NCBI GenBank assembly: GCA_964628515.1
Contig: CAZVNZ010000010.1
Span: 22,190-86,189 of the forward strand
DNA from: an uncultured Christensenellaceae bacterium
GTDB lineage: Bacteria > Bacillota > Clostridia > Christensenellales > Christensenellaceae
Reading direction: 5' to 3'
DNA length: 64,000 nt
Position 1 is the stretch's first letter. The number at the start of each line of letters is the position of its first letter. The position numbers were made by a program, and so were the translations under genes. The notes below the pieces were generated by a model. That model did no database searches and was not told the DNA's origin. It saw nothing but the letters and a program-made list of their open reading frames with translations. This document shows positions 16,802 through 26,823 of the stretch, piece after piece.

Positions 16802-17626
16802 TTATTTATCCCACATAGCAGGGTTTAGCAGTTCTTCTTTTATGTTTTCAAACTCCAAAAACAAACTCTTGTCTGTGGAGGTGTTAAAATCTCTGATTAT
16901 TTCCTTCAGTTGCGCCAAACTATCCACTCCAAACACTAATTTTTTAATGTTGGGGTTTGCCTTTACGTAATTTAGCAGGTAAGCGGTTTTGGAAATACCG
17001 TTTTTTTTGCAAACCTCTTTAATTTTATCTATATACTTTTGCGCCTCTTTTAAATTTGTTGGCACTTTGTCCATAAGCAAAAGCCCTTGCAAAAAGGCAC
17101 TTCTTGCGTGTAATTCTTTATTTGGGGTAAGTAAATTGTTTAAACGTGTATCTAAAATATTGTAGGGAATTTGAATAATATCCATTGCCGAGTTTTCCCT
17201 TGCCTGCAAGTATTCGGCAGGGGAGTACACAGAAACACCCACACTTTTTGCAAGCCCCTTTGCTTTTATGTCGCAAAGTGCTCCTATTGCACTATCATCA
17301 TTTAAACAAAGGGCATTATGAAACATTAAGCAGTCCACATAATCTGTATTAAGCTGGGCTAAACATTCTTTAGTTTGCGCAAAAACGTCCTTAGAGTCTT
17401 GCGTTGGGGCACCTATTTTAGTGATAATATTAATATCGCTCCTGTTAAAGCCGGCTTTTGCAATAATTTTTTGAGAATTTCCGTAAGCAAGTGCGGTATC
17501 AAAGGTTGTTATGCCCTCATTTAAGGCATATTTAAGTATTTGAATACTTTCCTCCTCCATTGGCGTATTTTTGGAGGCTATACCGTATTTTAATCCGAGT
17601 TGAACTGTTCCAAGACACAATTCCAT
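16802..17626 (-). CDS. aldo/keto reductase family oxidoreductase
   Basis: 274 aa with AKR motifs LGTVQLGLKYG...FDTALAYGNSQ. RBS aaagga. Confidence 0.8.
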   Translation of the reverse strand: MELCLGTVQLGLKYGIASKNTPMEEESIQILKYALNEGITTFDTALAYGNSQKIIAKAGFNRSDINIITKIGAPTQDSKDVFAQTKECLAQLNTDYVDCLMFHNALCLNDDSAIGALCDIKAKGLAKSVGVSVYSPAEYLQARENSAMDIIQIPYNILDTRLNNLLTPNKELHARSAFLQGLLLMDKVPTNLKEAQKYIDKIKEVCKKNGISKTAYLLNYVKANPNIKKLVFGVDSLAQLKEIIRDFNTSTDKSLFLEFENIKEELLNPAMWDK

Positions 17627-17682
17627 AGTGTCAATCCTTTATAAATAGTGTTTTTTAGCTTTATGATGATGATGTAATACCG

Positions 17683-18882
17683 TCAACTATTAGCTAAACT
17701 GCCGTAGTGGGCAATAATTTTTTTAACCGCATTAATTACGTCCTCCGCATCCTTATCTTCCATTTTGTAAAAAAGAGGTAGCGTAAGCGCTTGCTCGTAA
17801 AATTCCTGAGCATTTTTGCATTTACTGCCATAGCCTAAATTTTTGTAGTAAGGAAAGGTGTTTATAGGTATGTAATGCACATTTACCCCTATATTTTCCT
17901 TTTGCATTGCATCGTAAAACTCTTTTTTGGTGCAATTAAGTTTATCCAAATTTAGTCGAATAATATATAAATGCTTAACGGGAATACACTTAGGAGTGCT
18001 TTGCTGTAAGGTAATTTCCTCAATATCTGCAAAAGCGTCGTTGTACATTTGTGTAATTTCTTCCCTGCGTTGTGCAAATTTTGTTAGTTTATTTAGTTGA
18101 CTTATGCCAAGGGCACATTGAATATCCGTAAGTCTGTAATTGTACCCAAGGGCTACCTGCTCGTAATACCAGTTAGAAACGTCCTCCTTTTTAAAGGCGA
18201 CATCTCTTGTTATGCCGTGTTTTGCAAGCAAGGCTATTTTTTTGTTGAGTATTTTGGAGTTTGTGGTAACCGCACCCCCTTCTCCCGTGGTTATGGTTTT
18301 AACCGGATGAAAGCTAAATGTGGTAATATCCGCAATACTGCCCACAGGCTTGCCATTGTACACCGTGCCTAAGGAGTGGGCGGCATCTTCTATTAATGTA
18401 AGCTGTTTTAGCTTGCATAATTCTTTTAGCCCTCTTAAATCTCCCGTTTGCCCTGTAAAATCCACCGTAATTATGGCTTTGGTACGAGGGGAAATTTTCC
18501 GCTTAATATCTTCTAAATCCATCTGCCATGTGTCTTTGTCAATATCTGCAAAAATAGGAGTGCCTTTACAATAAAGCACACAGTTTGCAGATGCCGCAAA
18601 GGTTATGGGAGGTACTATAACTTCGTCTCCCTCGCTTATATTTGCCGCCATACACGCAACATGCAAAGCAGCCGTGCCGTTTGCAACACTGGTACAGTAT
18701 TTTGCACCCGTAACCTCGCAAAGTTTTGCCTCAAACTCCTCTACCTTACTGCCACATGTTAAAAAATCGCTTTTTAATACGGAAACTACGCCGGTTATAT
18801 CATCATCATCAATAAATTGTTTACCATAGGCAAGATAGCTTTCTCTAACAGGCTTGCCACCCATTATTGCAGGTTTATTCAT
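17683..18882 (-). CDS. DegT/DnrJ/EryC1/StrS family PLP-dependent nucleotide-sugar aminotransferase (PseC/SpsC-like)
   Basis: 399 aa. The typical family N-terminus GGKPVRE...FLTCGSKVEEFE and the pyridoxal lysine region FSFHPVKTITTGEGG are both present. Confidence 0.85.
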   Translation of the reverse strand: MNKPAIMGGKPVRESYLAYGKQFIDDDDITGVVSVLKSDFLTCGSKVEEFEAKLCEVTGAKYCTSVANGTAALHVACMAANISEGDEVIVPPITFAASANCVLYCKGTPIFADIDKDTWQMDLEDIKRKISPRTKAIITVDFTGQTGDLRGLKELCKLKQLTLIEDAAHSLGTVYNGKPVGSIADITTFSFHPVKTITTGEGGAVTTNSKILNKKIALLAKHGITRDVAFKKEDVSNWYYEQVALGYNYRLTDIQCALGISQLNKLTKFAQRREEITQMYNDAFADIEEITLQQSTPKCIPVKHLYIIRLNLDKLNCTKKEFYDAMQKENIGVNVHYIPINTFPYYKNLGYGSKCKNAQEFYEQALTLPLFYKMEDKDAEDVINAVKKIIAHYGSLANS

Positions 18883-18886
18883 TATT

Positions 18887-19879
18887 TTACACCATATATT
18901 TTTTGCACATTTCGCTTAGTTGCTCTATGCCTAGCCATTCCTTGTTGTTGCCCGAATTATACTCAAATCCGTCCTCTACCTTTTTGCCCCCTTCTCTTAA
19001 ATGGGTTGCAGGCGTCCACCATTCCATATTGGGGAATATTATATAATGTTTATCGTACTCGTAGGTGTTGGGGCTGTCCTCTCTCGCCACCATTACCTCG
19101 TGGAGTTTTTCTCCTTCTCTTATGCCGATTTCTTTTTGCTTGCAGTTTGGCGCCATTGCACGAGCCAAATCCGTTACTTTAAAAGAAGGTATTTTGGAAA
19201 TATAAGTCTCGCCACCCTTGCTTTCTTCTAAAGCCTTTAGCACAAGTTTTACCCCTTGCTCTAAGTCTATCCAAAAACGTGTCATCCTGTTGTCCGTAAT
19301 GGGCAGGGTGGTTGCGCCGTTTTTAATTAAATCCGCAAAAAAAGGTATTACAGAGCCTCTCGAAGCGGCTACATTGCCATATCTCACAATGGAAAACACC
19401 GTGCCGTCGCCTCCGGCATATGCGTTTGCGGAAATAAAAAGTTTATCCGAAACCAGCTTTGTTCCACCGTATAAATTTACAGGGTTTACCGCTTTATCTG
19501 TGGATAGTGCCACAACTTTTTTTACGTCTCTGTCTATTGCCGCATCTATTATATGCACCGCACCGTCTATGTTGGTGCGCACCGCTTCGATTGGGTTATA
19601 CTCGCAGGCAGGTACTTGCTTCATAGCGGCGGCATGTATTACGTAATCTACGCCCTTAAAAGCCCGCATAAGCCTTTCTTTATCCCTTACATCACCAATA
19701 AAAAAACGCAGTTTATGGTTATGCTCCTTAAAACTGTTGCTCATATTAAACTGTTTAAACTCGTCTCTTGAATAAATTATGATTTTTTTAGGGTTATAAT
19801 TATCCAATATATATTGAGTAAAGAACTTCCCAAAAGAGCCTGTTCCCCCTGTTATTAAAATAGTTTTATTGTTAAGCAT
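18887..19879 (-). CDS. pseB: UDP-N-acetylglucosamine 4,6-dehydratase (inverting), PseB/FlaA1-type short-chain dehydratase
   Basis: 330 aa. N-terminus MLNNKTILITGGTGSFGKFFTQYIL...KIIIYSRDEFKQ and ...DVRDKERL...YVIHAAAMKQVP are near-diagnostic for PseB / CapD-like 4,6-dehydratases. Confidence 0.85.
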   Translation of the reverse strand: MLNNKTILITGGTGSFGKFFTQYILDNYNPKKIIIYSRDEFKQFNMSNSFKEHNHKLRFFIGDVRDKERLMRAFKGVDYVIHAAAMKQVPACEYNPIEAVRTNIDGAVHIIDAAIDRDVKKVVALSTDKAVNPVNLYGGTKLVSDKLFISANAYAGGDGTVFSIVRYGNVAASRGSVIPFFADLIKNGATTLPITDNRMTRFWIDLEQGVKLVLKALEESKGGETYISKIPSFKVTDLARAMAPNCKQKEIGIREGEKLHEVMVAREDSPNTYEYDKHYIIFPNMEWWTPATHLREGGKKVEDGFEYNSGNNKEWLGIEQLSEMCKKYMV

Positions 19880-19971
19880 AAAAAAACCTCGTTAATTAAA
19901 AAATTTCACTATTTTATAGTATAGCATTTTTACGTGTAAAATAAAAGTATAAAAATTATTAGAGAGGGATG

Positions 19972-20415
19972 TTATTGGTTTTTTTCCTTGTTTTCGTTTT
20001 TTTGCCAAGTTATTGCATCTAAAATTACCTGCTTAAGCACATCTAAGTTAAGGTTTTCTATTTTTGTAAAGCGAATACAGCTTTTGCCTGTATTTACCCG
20101 TCCTAAAGCGCTTTTGTAGTGCGCAGGCAGAGGCAAGCCATCCTTTAAACCCGTAACATATATACTAATGCTGTTTTTTTGAGGAGATATAGAAATCAGA
20201 GGATAAACACCCTTTTTGTGAGCAACTTCTCCATATCCGATGTGGTTTATAGTGGGTGTATTATAAAAAACTCGTTTTAGCGTAGGTGCTGTTTTTACAA
20301 TAAATTTATCAAGCTTTGCCATATCCTCGCTAAATTTTCCGCTGTTTTTTATAAGCTCCTGCGCTGTTTTTGCCTCTATACGCATACTTGCCCCCTTTTT
20401 TGAGCCTATTTTCAT
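19972..20415 (-). CDS. DUF1801 (YdhG-like) domain protein
   Basis: 147-aa ORF, possible start at the internal MRIEAK. Its length and composition fit the DUF1801 family, but the call is from composition only. Confidence 0.5.
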   Translation of the reverse strand: MKIGSKKGASMRIEAKTAQELIKNSGKFSEDMAKLDKFIVKTAPTLKRVFYNTPTINHIGYGEVAHKKGVYPLISISPQKNSISIYVTGLKDGLPLPAHYKSALGRVNTGKSCIRFTKIENLNLDVLKQVILDAITWQKNENKEKNQ

Positions 20416-20539
20416 TGTAGTATACTGTGTTTATATTTAGTAATAAACAAAAAAATAAAAGAAAAAACTATTTATTGACAAAATTTTAACGGCGTTATAA
20501 AATAAAACTACGTTACAAGATAGAGAGGTAAAACAGAAA

Positions 20540-21121
20540 ATGGCAAGGGAATCTCAAAAACAAAGAAACGATGAGCTAAAGCGTCAAATACTTGAAACCG
20601 CACTTCAAATAGGTTTAGAGGAAGGCTTTGAGGCACTCTCCGTGCGTAAAATAATTAAGAAAATGAACTACTCCACCGGCATTATTTATTATCACTTTAA
20701 AAATAGACAAGAGATTATAGATGCTTTAATAAAGTGGGAATCCGCGGCATTGGGGGAAAAAATAAAGGCAATTAACGCAAAAAACCAAGGTATAATGAAC
20801 ACAATGGAAAATGTTTTTAGAATGATAACAGATTTGGCAATAAAAGAGCCGGAAAAGTACAACCTTATTGTAATGCGTAAATTTAGTAATAAAAGTGAAG
20901 CCAAGCCGGTTTGGGTGCATTTTTTGGCGCAAAAGCTAAAAGATGCAATGGCTAATAAGGAAATTAAAAATTTGCACCCCTATAACACCGCTTTTTCGGT
21001 GTGGAGCTCGTATTTAGGCTTTAATTTTATGATGTCATTGCAAAGAGACCTAACAGAAGCGCAAGTTGAAGAGATGTTTAAAACGCAAACGGAAATTATT
21101 TTCAGAGGTATCTGTTTATGA
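20540..21121 (+). CDS. TetR/AcrR family transcriptional regulator
   Basis: 193 aa with N-terminal HTH ILETALQIGLEEGFEALSVRKIIKKMNYSTGIIYYHFKNRQEI. Confidence 0.85.
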   Translation: MARESQKQRNDELKRQILETALQIGLEEGFEALSVRKIIKKMNYSTGIIYYHFKNRQEIIDALIKWESAALGEKIKAINAKNQGIMNTMENVFRMITDLAIKEPEKYNLIVMRKFSNKSEAKPVWVHFLAQKLKDAMANKEIKNLHPYNTAFSVWSSYLGFNFMMSLQRDLTEAQVEEMFKTQTEIIFRGICL

Positions 21122-21157
21122 AAAACGATGTACTTACAATAGGGGTAAGAGAGTAAA

Positions 21158-21685
21158 ATGATAGCAATACTAACAGACCAAAACACAAAATCCATAGGGG
21201 AGAGTTTAAAGGAAAGGTTGGCAAAAAAAGAGCAAACTTATAATTTTGTGCTAAAAAACACGGATATAAAACCGTGCTACTCCTGCGGTGGTTGCAAAAC
21301 AAAAACCTATAAACGCTGTGTTTTCAGAGACGAAATGGATAAAATACTGCCCTACATTGCAAAAGCGAATGCACTTATAGTTATTACTCCCATTGTATTT
21401 GGGGGATATTCCTTTTGCGTAAAATTAGCCATAGATAAATTAGCTTTGATTGGCGATTTGCATTACTACACTAACGGCAAAGAAATTGTAAAGGGCAAAA
21501 AAAATGAGGGAATAAAGTATTTTGCCATAGGAATACCACGCAGTAACACTAATAAGGATGCGGAGATAGTAGCCTTTAAGTATTTGGTAGAAGAAATGCT
21601 GATAATTACCGGCTGGCAGGGCAAATGTAGTATTTACGACAGCAACAGGCATTTTGAAGAAATTGCAGAGGAAATTTTATTATGA
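21158..21685 (+). CDS. iron-sulfur flavoprotein (Isf)-like NADPH-dependent FMN reductase, flavodoxin fold
   Basis: 175 aa. The compact cysteine motif CYSCGGCKTKTYKRC (C-x2-C-x2-C-x7-C) is characteristic of Isf-family flavoproteins. Flavodoxin-like alternating beta/alpha pattern. Confidence 0.6.
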   Translation: MIAILTDQNTKSIGESLKERLAKKEQTYNFVLKNTDIKPCYSCGGCKTKTYKRCVFRDEMDKILPYIAKANALIVITPIVFGGYSFCVKLAIDKLALIGDLHYYTNGKEIVKGKKNEGIKYFAIGIPRSNTNKDAEIVAFKYLVEEMLIITGWQGKCSIYDSNRHFEEIAEEILL

Positions 21686-22350
21686 GCAACTATTTACTAA
21701 TAAACTTAAGCCCTAAAAAAGCAGGCACGAGTGCAATGCTGTGCGGTTTGTGCAAAAGCTTTTTGGAAAAGCAAAACAAAACTACCGAGTATTTTAACTT
21801 ATACGAGGAAGATATAAACAACTTAGAAGGCAGCGAGATTATTTTACAGGCAAAAAATGCACACACCATTGTGGTTAGCGGTTGTTGTTATATTAATACC
21901 TATCCGGCACATACAACATTACTGTTAGAAAGCCTTGCCAAAAGTGGTTTTTTAAAAAACCAAAAGTTGTACGGAATAATTCAAGGGGGAATGCCCTACG
22001 AGCATACCCATAAAAGTGGGCTAAATATGCTTGAAATTTTTGCAAAAGAGACGGGTATTAAATATTGTGGCGGTTTTATTATGGGCCTTGGTGCAATGCT
22101 TGACGGGAAATCCTTGGAAAATTTACCAAACGGCAAAAAGGTTGCAAAGCAATTTAGCATATTTCTGACCAACATACTTAACGGGGAAGTATCACAAGCT
22201 ACCGTTTATAGAAAATCAATAATAAAATTACCTAATTTCGTTGCAAAAATCCTCGTAAATTTTATGAACAAAGCCATAGATAACTCCTATAAAGAGCTGG
22301 GCTTAGACCCTTACGCACCCACCCCATATTTAAACGATAAACTAAGTTAG
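21682..22350 (+). CDS. flavodoxin-like fold NAD(P)H-dependent oxidoreductase
   Basis: 222 aa. It overlaps the previous gene by 4 nt (ATGA). The N-terminus LLINLSPKKAGTSAML is typical of flavodoxin-like FMN reductases. Confidence 0.55.
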   Translation: MSNYLLINLSPKKAGTSAMLCGLCKSFLEKQNKTTEYFNLYEEDINNLEGSEIILQAKNAHTIVVSGCCYINTYPAHTTLLLESLAKSGFLKNQKLYGIIQGGMPYEHTHKSGLNMLEIFAKETGIKYCGGFIMGLGAMLDGKSLENLPNGKKVAKQFSIFLTNILNGEVSQATVYRKSIIKLPNFVAKILVNFMNKAIDNSYKELGLDPYAPTPYLNDKLS

Positions 22351-22385
22351 GGTACTTAAACAATCATCACCAAAAAAGAGAAAAA

Positions 22386-23102
22386 TTACTCTTTTTTTAG
22401 CAGTTTTAACCCAAAAGCAACCCCAATTAGTGCCACTAAAAATATGATAACCATGGGAAAAATAACGTTAAAATCCCATGTGGTTGCAAGGAGGGCTTTA
22501 AAACCCCAAGTAGCAGGGAAAATTTTGCCTACGTTTCCAACGGCTTCGGGTAATAAATCTACGGGAAACATAATTCCCGATAGCATTATGGAGGGCAAAA
22601 ACAGTATTTGCTCAAACATAATAAGCTTAGCTGAATTTTTTACAAAGGCGCCAAGGGCGGTGGCAACGGTTAGACTTACTGCTATAAATAGGGCAACGTT
22701 TAGCAGGTAAAAAGGTATATTTTTAGGGATTTCCGCATTAAATACCACAGGAGCTAAGAGCAATATAATAATGCTTACTACAAATAAATTTACAAATGCG
22801 GAAATAAAATTATTTACCGCCACCGTCTACAAAGGAATTTTACTTACGCAGTAGGATTTTTTAATTTCGCTACCGTAAACATCGCAAAGAGGGAAGGGAG
22901 CGCCTAAAAGCGCACCTAAAGAAATGCCGAAAATTGTCATGGATTGGATTAAGGTTTTTTCCGTATTTGGTATTATAGAGGTAAAAATCAGCCCCATAAA
23001 CAGAAAAAACACGATGGGTAAAAGGTAGTAGGTAAGCAGTATGCCTTTGTTACGTAAATCTGTTTTAATGTTTAGGGCAACCCCGTATAAAAAATCGCTC
23101 AT
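22386..23102 (-). pseudogene. ABC-2 family transporter permease interrupted by an in-frame TAG (amber) codon at 22827-22829 (track ORFs 22827..23102 and 22386..22823 are in the same frame)
   Basis: The two adjacent minus-strand ORFs (91 aa with 2 TM; 145 aa with 4 TM) are separated only by TAG-ACG. Joined they give a 238-aa six-TM permease, the expected partner of the upstream ABC ATPase. The reading is ...KIPL*TVAVNNF... Confidence 0.55.
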
Positions 23103-23968
23103 ATTGCACTCTCCTTATAAACTTCTAAAAATCGTCTTTCCAAACCGGTGTTTTCTATGCGCAAATCGTACACCTTAACCCCTGTGCTTGTTGCTAAAGA
23201 AATAAGTTCCAAAACCCCATCCTCAATGCTGTTTGCGCAATATTCCGTGTAACCGCCGTAATTGTTATTCAAATATCTGCATTTCAAAAGAGAATTACTG
23301 CTAAGGAGTGCGGAGGTTTTAATTTTTATAACAACCTCTCCCGTGTACGCCTGCCCCGTCAGCTCTAAAACACTGCCTGTAAACACACATTCCCCTTCTT
23401 TTATGATGATGAGCCTGTTGCAAAGTGCTTCTACCTCTGCCATATCGTGACTGGCAATAATTAGGGTTTTGCCACTTTTTTGCAAACTTAAAATAGCGTC
23501 GTGGAGGGCCAACCTCCCTTCAACATCAAGTCCTGCCGTGGGCTCGTCCAAAATAATTATGTTTGGGTCGCAAGTTAGTGCCAATGCCAAATGCAGTCGG
23601 CGTTTTTGCCCTGTGGAAAGCCTTTTATATTGGTTATTTTCAAATCCGCAAATAAAGTCTTGTTGCTCGGCTGTAATGGTTTTACCGCTCCACTTTAAAA
23701 AGAGAGTAACCGCCTCTTTTGCGGTAATATGGTTGGGTAGGGAGGAAGATTGCAGTTGCACCCCTATTTTTCCCTTTATGGTGATGTTACCCTTAGTGTA
23801 CTTACGTAAGCCCTCTATACATTCTAAGGTGGTGGTTTTGCCTGCACCGTTCATGCCCAGCAAAGCAAAGATTTCCCCTTGCTTTACCTCAAAGCTTATG
23901 TTTTTCAGCACCTGATTTTTGCCGTAGCTTTTGCATAAATTTTCTACTGTTAGGGCGTAATTATTCAT
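23099..23968 (-). CDS. ABC transporter ATP-binding protein (ABC-2 subfamily)
   Basis: 289 aa. Walker A GMNGAGKTT, signature LSTGQKRRL, Walker B IIILDEPTAGLD. It overlaps both the upstream and downstream genes by 4 nt. Confidence 0.85.
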   Translation of the reverse strand: MNNYALTVENLCKSYGKNQVLKNISFEVKQGEIFALLGMNGAGKTTTLECIEGLRKYTKGNITIKGKIGVQLQSSSLPNHITAKEAVTLFLKWSGKTITAEQQDFICGFENNQYKRLSTGQKRRLHLALALTCDPNIIILDEPTAGLDVEGRLALHDAILSLQKSGKTLIIASHDMAEVEALCNRLIIIKEGECVFTGSVLELTGQAYTGEVVIKIKTSALLSSNSLLKCRYLNNNYGGYTEYCANSIEDGVLELISLATSTGVKVYDLRIENTGLERRFLEVYKESAI

Positions 23969-24771
23969 AATTGATTCTCCGTAATGTTGCTTGGTAAGAC
24001 AATATTGTTTAGTTTAAAATAGTTATCCAGTATCTGCCCTAAAAAATCGTTTATAATATCCTGTTTTTTTGCAACAGCTCTATCCCAACCCTCTCGATTA
24101 TCTTTAAACTGCATTAAACCTTTTAACATTTCTTCGTTATCGTTTGTAAAAAATGTTATGTACTCCCACCATTTTTTTGCAAGGGCTAAACTTGCCTTGC
24201 TTGTAGGGGCTTCCTTTTTATTAACCAACGCCAATGCCTCTGTTTGTAACTGCTTAAATTTATTGTATTGATTTAGGGCATCCTGCGCATTGCCATTAAA
24301 CTTATCCGCTATTTTAGTCAGGGTGGTGTTTTTATCGTCAAAAATTTTTACTGCCCAGTAGGTAGGGTTGTTTTGCCTTAACAAAAATATTATGTGGGCA
24401 TATTTAATAAAATCGACCTCTTTTATTTGGGTAACTTCCTTCTTTAAAGCATCAATAGCTTTAAGTGCGGTATTAAGGCCTTTGATTTTTGCTTTTATAG
24501 CCTTGCTTTGCACAGTTAATGCTTGAGCCACTTTAGTGGGGGAGTCCAAAGCCAAAATTTGCTCTTTAATATCTTTTAGGGAAAACCCCAAATATTTTAG
24601 AGCTAAAATTTGGTATAGCTCCATTAAATCGCCCTCGGTGTACAAACGGTTGCCCCCATCGCTTTTTGCCGATGGTTTTAGCAACCCTATTTTATCGTAA
24701 TATTGTAAGGTGCGCACGGAAACATCCATTTCTTTTGCCAACTGCCCCACAGTTATAAGCTTTTTCTCCAT
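23965..24771 (-). CDS. MerR family transcriptional regulator (long form with C-terminal effector domain)
   Basis: 268 aa. MerR HTH ITVGQLAKEMDVSVRTLQYYDKIGLLKP. It is the first gene of the MerR-ABC-permease operon. Confidence 0.8.
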   Translation of the reverse strand: MEKKLITVGQLAKEMDVSVRTLQYYDKIGLLKPSAKSDGGNRLYTEGDLMELYQILALKYLGFSLKDIKEQILALDSPTKVAQALTVQSKAIKAKIKGLNTALKAIDALKKEVTQIKEVDFIKYAHIIFLLRQNNPTYWAVKIFDDKNTTLTKIADKFNGNAQDALNQYNKFKQLQTEALALVNKKEAPTSKASLALAKKWWEYITFFTNDNEEMLKGLMQFKDNREGWDRAVAKKQDIINDFLGQILDNYFKLNNIVLPSNITENQL

Positions 24772-25023
24772 TTTTTGCTACCCCTTTGTTTGCGTTTATA
24801 ACTGTATTATAATATATGACGTTAGGTAATATGCAAGATTTTTTTTAATCGATTTTTTTATTTTACTACCATTTGCAGAAAATCAACTTAACCCTTGGCA
24901 AAATATCACTAACCAAAGGAAAATTTCACATTAGTGTAATTATTCAATTAATATTAGGGTTGCAAAAGGGTTGCCAATAGGGTAATGTATATGTATATAA
25001 AGCAATAAAAAGATGTGTATTAG

Positions 25024-26823
25024 ATGAAGAATTTGCTTACAAAAACTTTATACATAATATTAATAAGTATTATTTCTCTCACAGGTATAATGCTTGTTTT
25101 TTCCTTTATAAATTCCCAAAAAGTCGAGGCTAAAGAAGTAATTTCCATAGACTTTAGGGGGGAGTACAGCAAAGACGGCATAAACTTTTTGCCTTTAGGA
25201 GACATAGGCGCACGAGTGGAAGACGGGCTTAGTATGGTTTATTTGCGTGGAAATTTTACCAAAGAAATTCCAAAAAATGTTAGCTTGTGGCTACGCCAAG
25301 AGCATTTAGGGCTTACTATAAAAATTAACGGTAGGCAGGTTATGCAAAACAACCAACCGGATAGTATACCTGTAATTCTTAATTCTCCGGGAGTTGGATG
25401 GTACGGACTAACCTCACCCGGAATTACCCCTCAAGACAGTATAGAATTTGAATTGCAAACCTACTACAACGAAAGTGCCGAGAATGTAGAAAAACTCCTT
25501 GACACAATGTACATAGGGGATGGCAGTCTGCTTTATAACTTAATGCTTATAAATGCGGATATTATAGTAATATTGCTTGTTTTGGCAATGGCATCTGGTG
25601 TAATTTATGTTTTGGAAGGGGCAATAGACAAAATAAAAGGGCTACACAGCGGTGGCAGAATTGCAATAATGGGCTTTTACGCCTTTTGCGGAAGTCTCCT
25701 TTGCATTACGGACGCAATATACCCGTATTTTTCCCTAATAATACCTTATTCTTGGTTTCCGCCCTTTATAGAAGCGTTGGCATTATTACTTTTTACCGCA
25801 TCTTTAACCCTCCTAACCAAAAATTTTGTTAGGAGTGATGCTATAAAAAAAGCAATGGGGACGATAGTTATTGCGGTAATTCTAACAGTTCTCCTGTTTT
25901 TGGTTATTCAGCTTACAGGCATACTGGATTTGCACCAAATGCAACCGGCAATAAATATGCTTTCCGTAATTGTTACGACAATATGCGTTTTTAGTGTAAA
26001 TGCGGATATAAAAACGTATAAAGACAGCCATTTGTTTATATTGCTGTTTGCACTTATACCCATACTCGTTGCCGTTGTTTTAGACGGTATAAACCTGTTT
26101 TACAATTTTATGCCTTATCGTATTATTATGAGGTATTGCTTTATACTATCGGTAGTATTACTGCTGTGGCAGTTGGTGGAATACGCAAAGCAGGAGGCAA
26201 AAGCTAAGGAGCGTATGCAACTAATGAAGGAGGAAATTTTAGAATCTCGTATTGCAATTATGATTTCTCAAATACAACCTCATTTTTTGTATAACACACT
26301 AACCTCCATACGCTATTTATGCAGAGCAGACCCCAAAAAAGCGGAGGATGTAATTTCCGAGTTTGCCAGCTTTTTACGTGGAAATATAAACAGCTTAGTA
26401 TCCACCGTACCCATAACTTTTGAGCAAGAATACCGGCATTTAAACCATTACCTTGCCATAGAAAAGGTGCGTTTTGGTGCTAAAATGGAAATAGAAACGG
26501 ATATTTTAGCTACAAATTTTATGTTGCCCCCACTTACCATACAACCCATTGCGGAAAATGCCATAAGACACGGAATAAGCATGAAAAAAAACGGTGGCAA
26601 GGTAAAAATATCAACATGGGAGGCAGAAAACTACTACTATATTACCGTAGAGGATAACGGCAAGGGCTTTGATGTGGAAAAACTAAAGGGAAAGGACGCA
26701 CATATAGGGATAAACTACGTAAAAACACGGCTAAGGTTACAATGCGATGGGGATTTAATAATAAAAAGCGAAATCGGCAAGGGCACAATAGTAACCCTTA
26801 CCATAAAAAAGGAGAGCAACTAA
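25024..26823 (+). CDS. sensor histidine kinase, LytS/YehU (His_kinase PF06580-type) with extracytoplasmic N-terminal domain and multi-TM region (7TMR-DISM-like)
   Basis: 599 aa with signal/TM, about 150 aa of extracytoplasmic segment, then 7 TM. The C-terminal region ...IQPHFLYNTL...HYLAIEKVRFG... with an HATPase_c carries the GHKL motifs of the LytS family. Confidence 0.75.
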   Translation: MKNLLTKTLYIILISIISLTGIMLVFSFINSQKVEAKEVISIDFRGEYSKDGINFLPLGDIGARVEDGLSMVYLRGNFTKEIPKNVSLWLRQEHLGLTIKINGRQVMQNNQPDSIPVILNSPGVGWYGLTSPGITPQDSIEFELQTYYNESAENVEKLLDTMYIGDGSLLYNLMLINADIIVILLVLAMASGVIYVLEGAIDKIKGLHSGGRIAIMGFYAFCGSLLCITDAIYPYFSLIIPYSWFPPFIEALALLLFTASLTLLTKNFVRSDAIKKAMGTIVIAVILTVLLFLVIQLTGILDLHQMQPAINMLSVIVTTICVFSVNADIKTYKDSHLFILLFALIPILVAVVLDGINLFYNFMPYRIIMRYCFILSVVLLLWQLVEYAKQEAKAKERMQLMKEEILESRIAIMISQIQPHFLYNTLTSIRYLCRADPKKAEDVISEFASFLRGNINSLVSTVPITFEQEYRHLNHYLAIEKVRFGAKMEIETDILATNFMLPPLTIQPIAENAIRHGISMKKNGGKVKISTWEAENYYYITVEDNGKGFDVEKLKGKDAHIGINYVKTRLRLQCDGDLIIKSEIGKGTIVTLTIKKESN

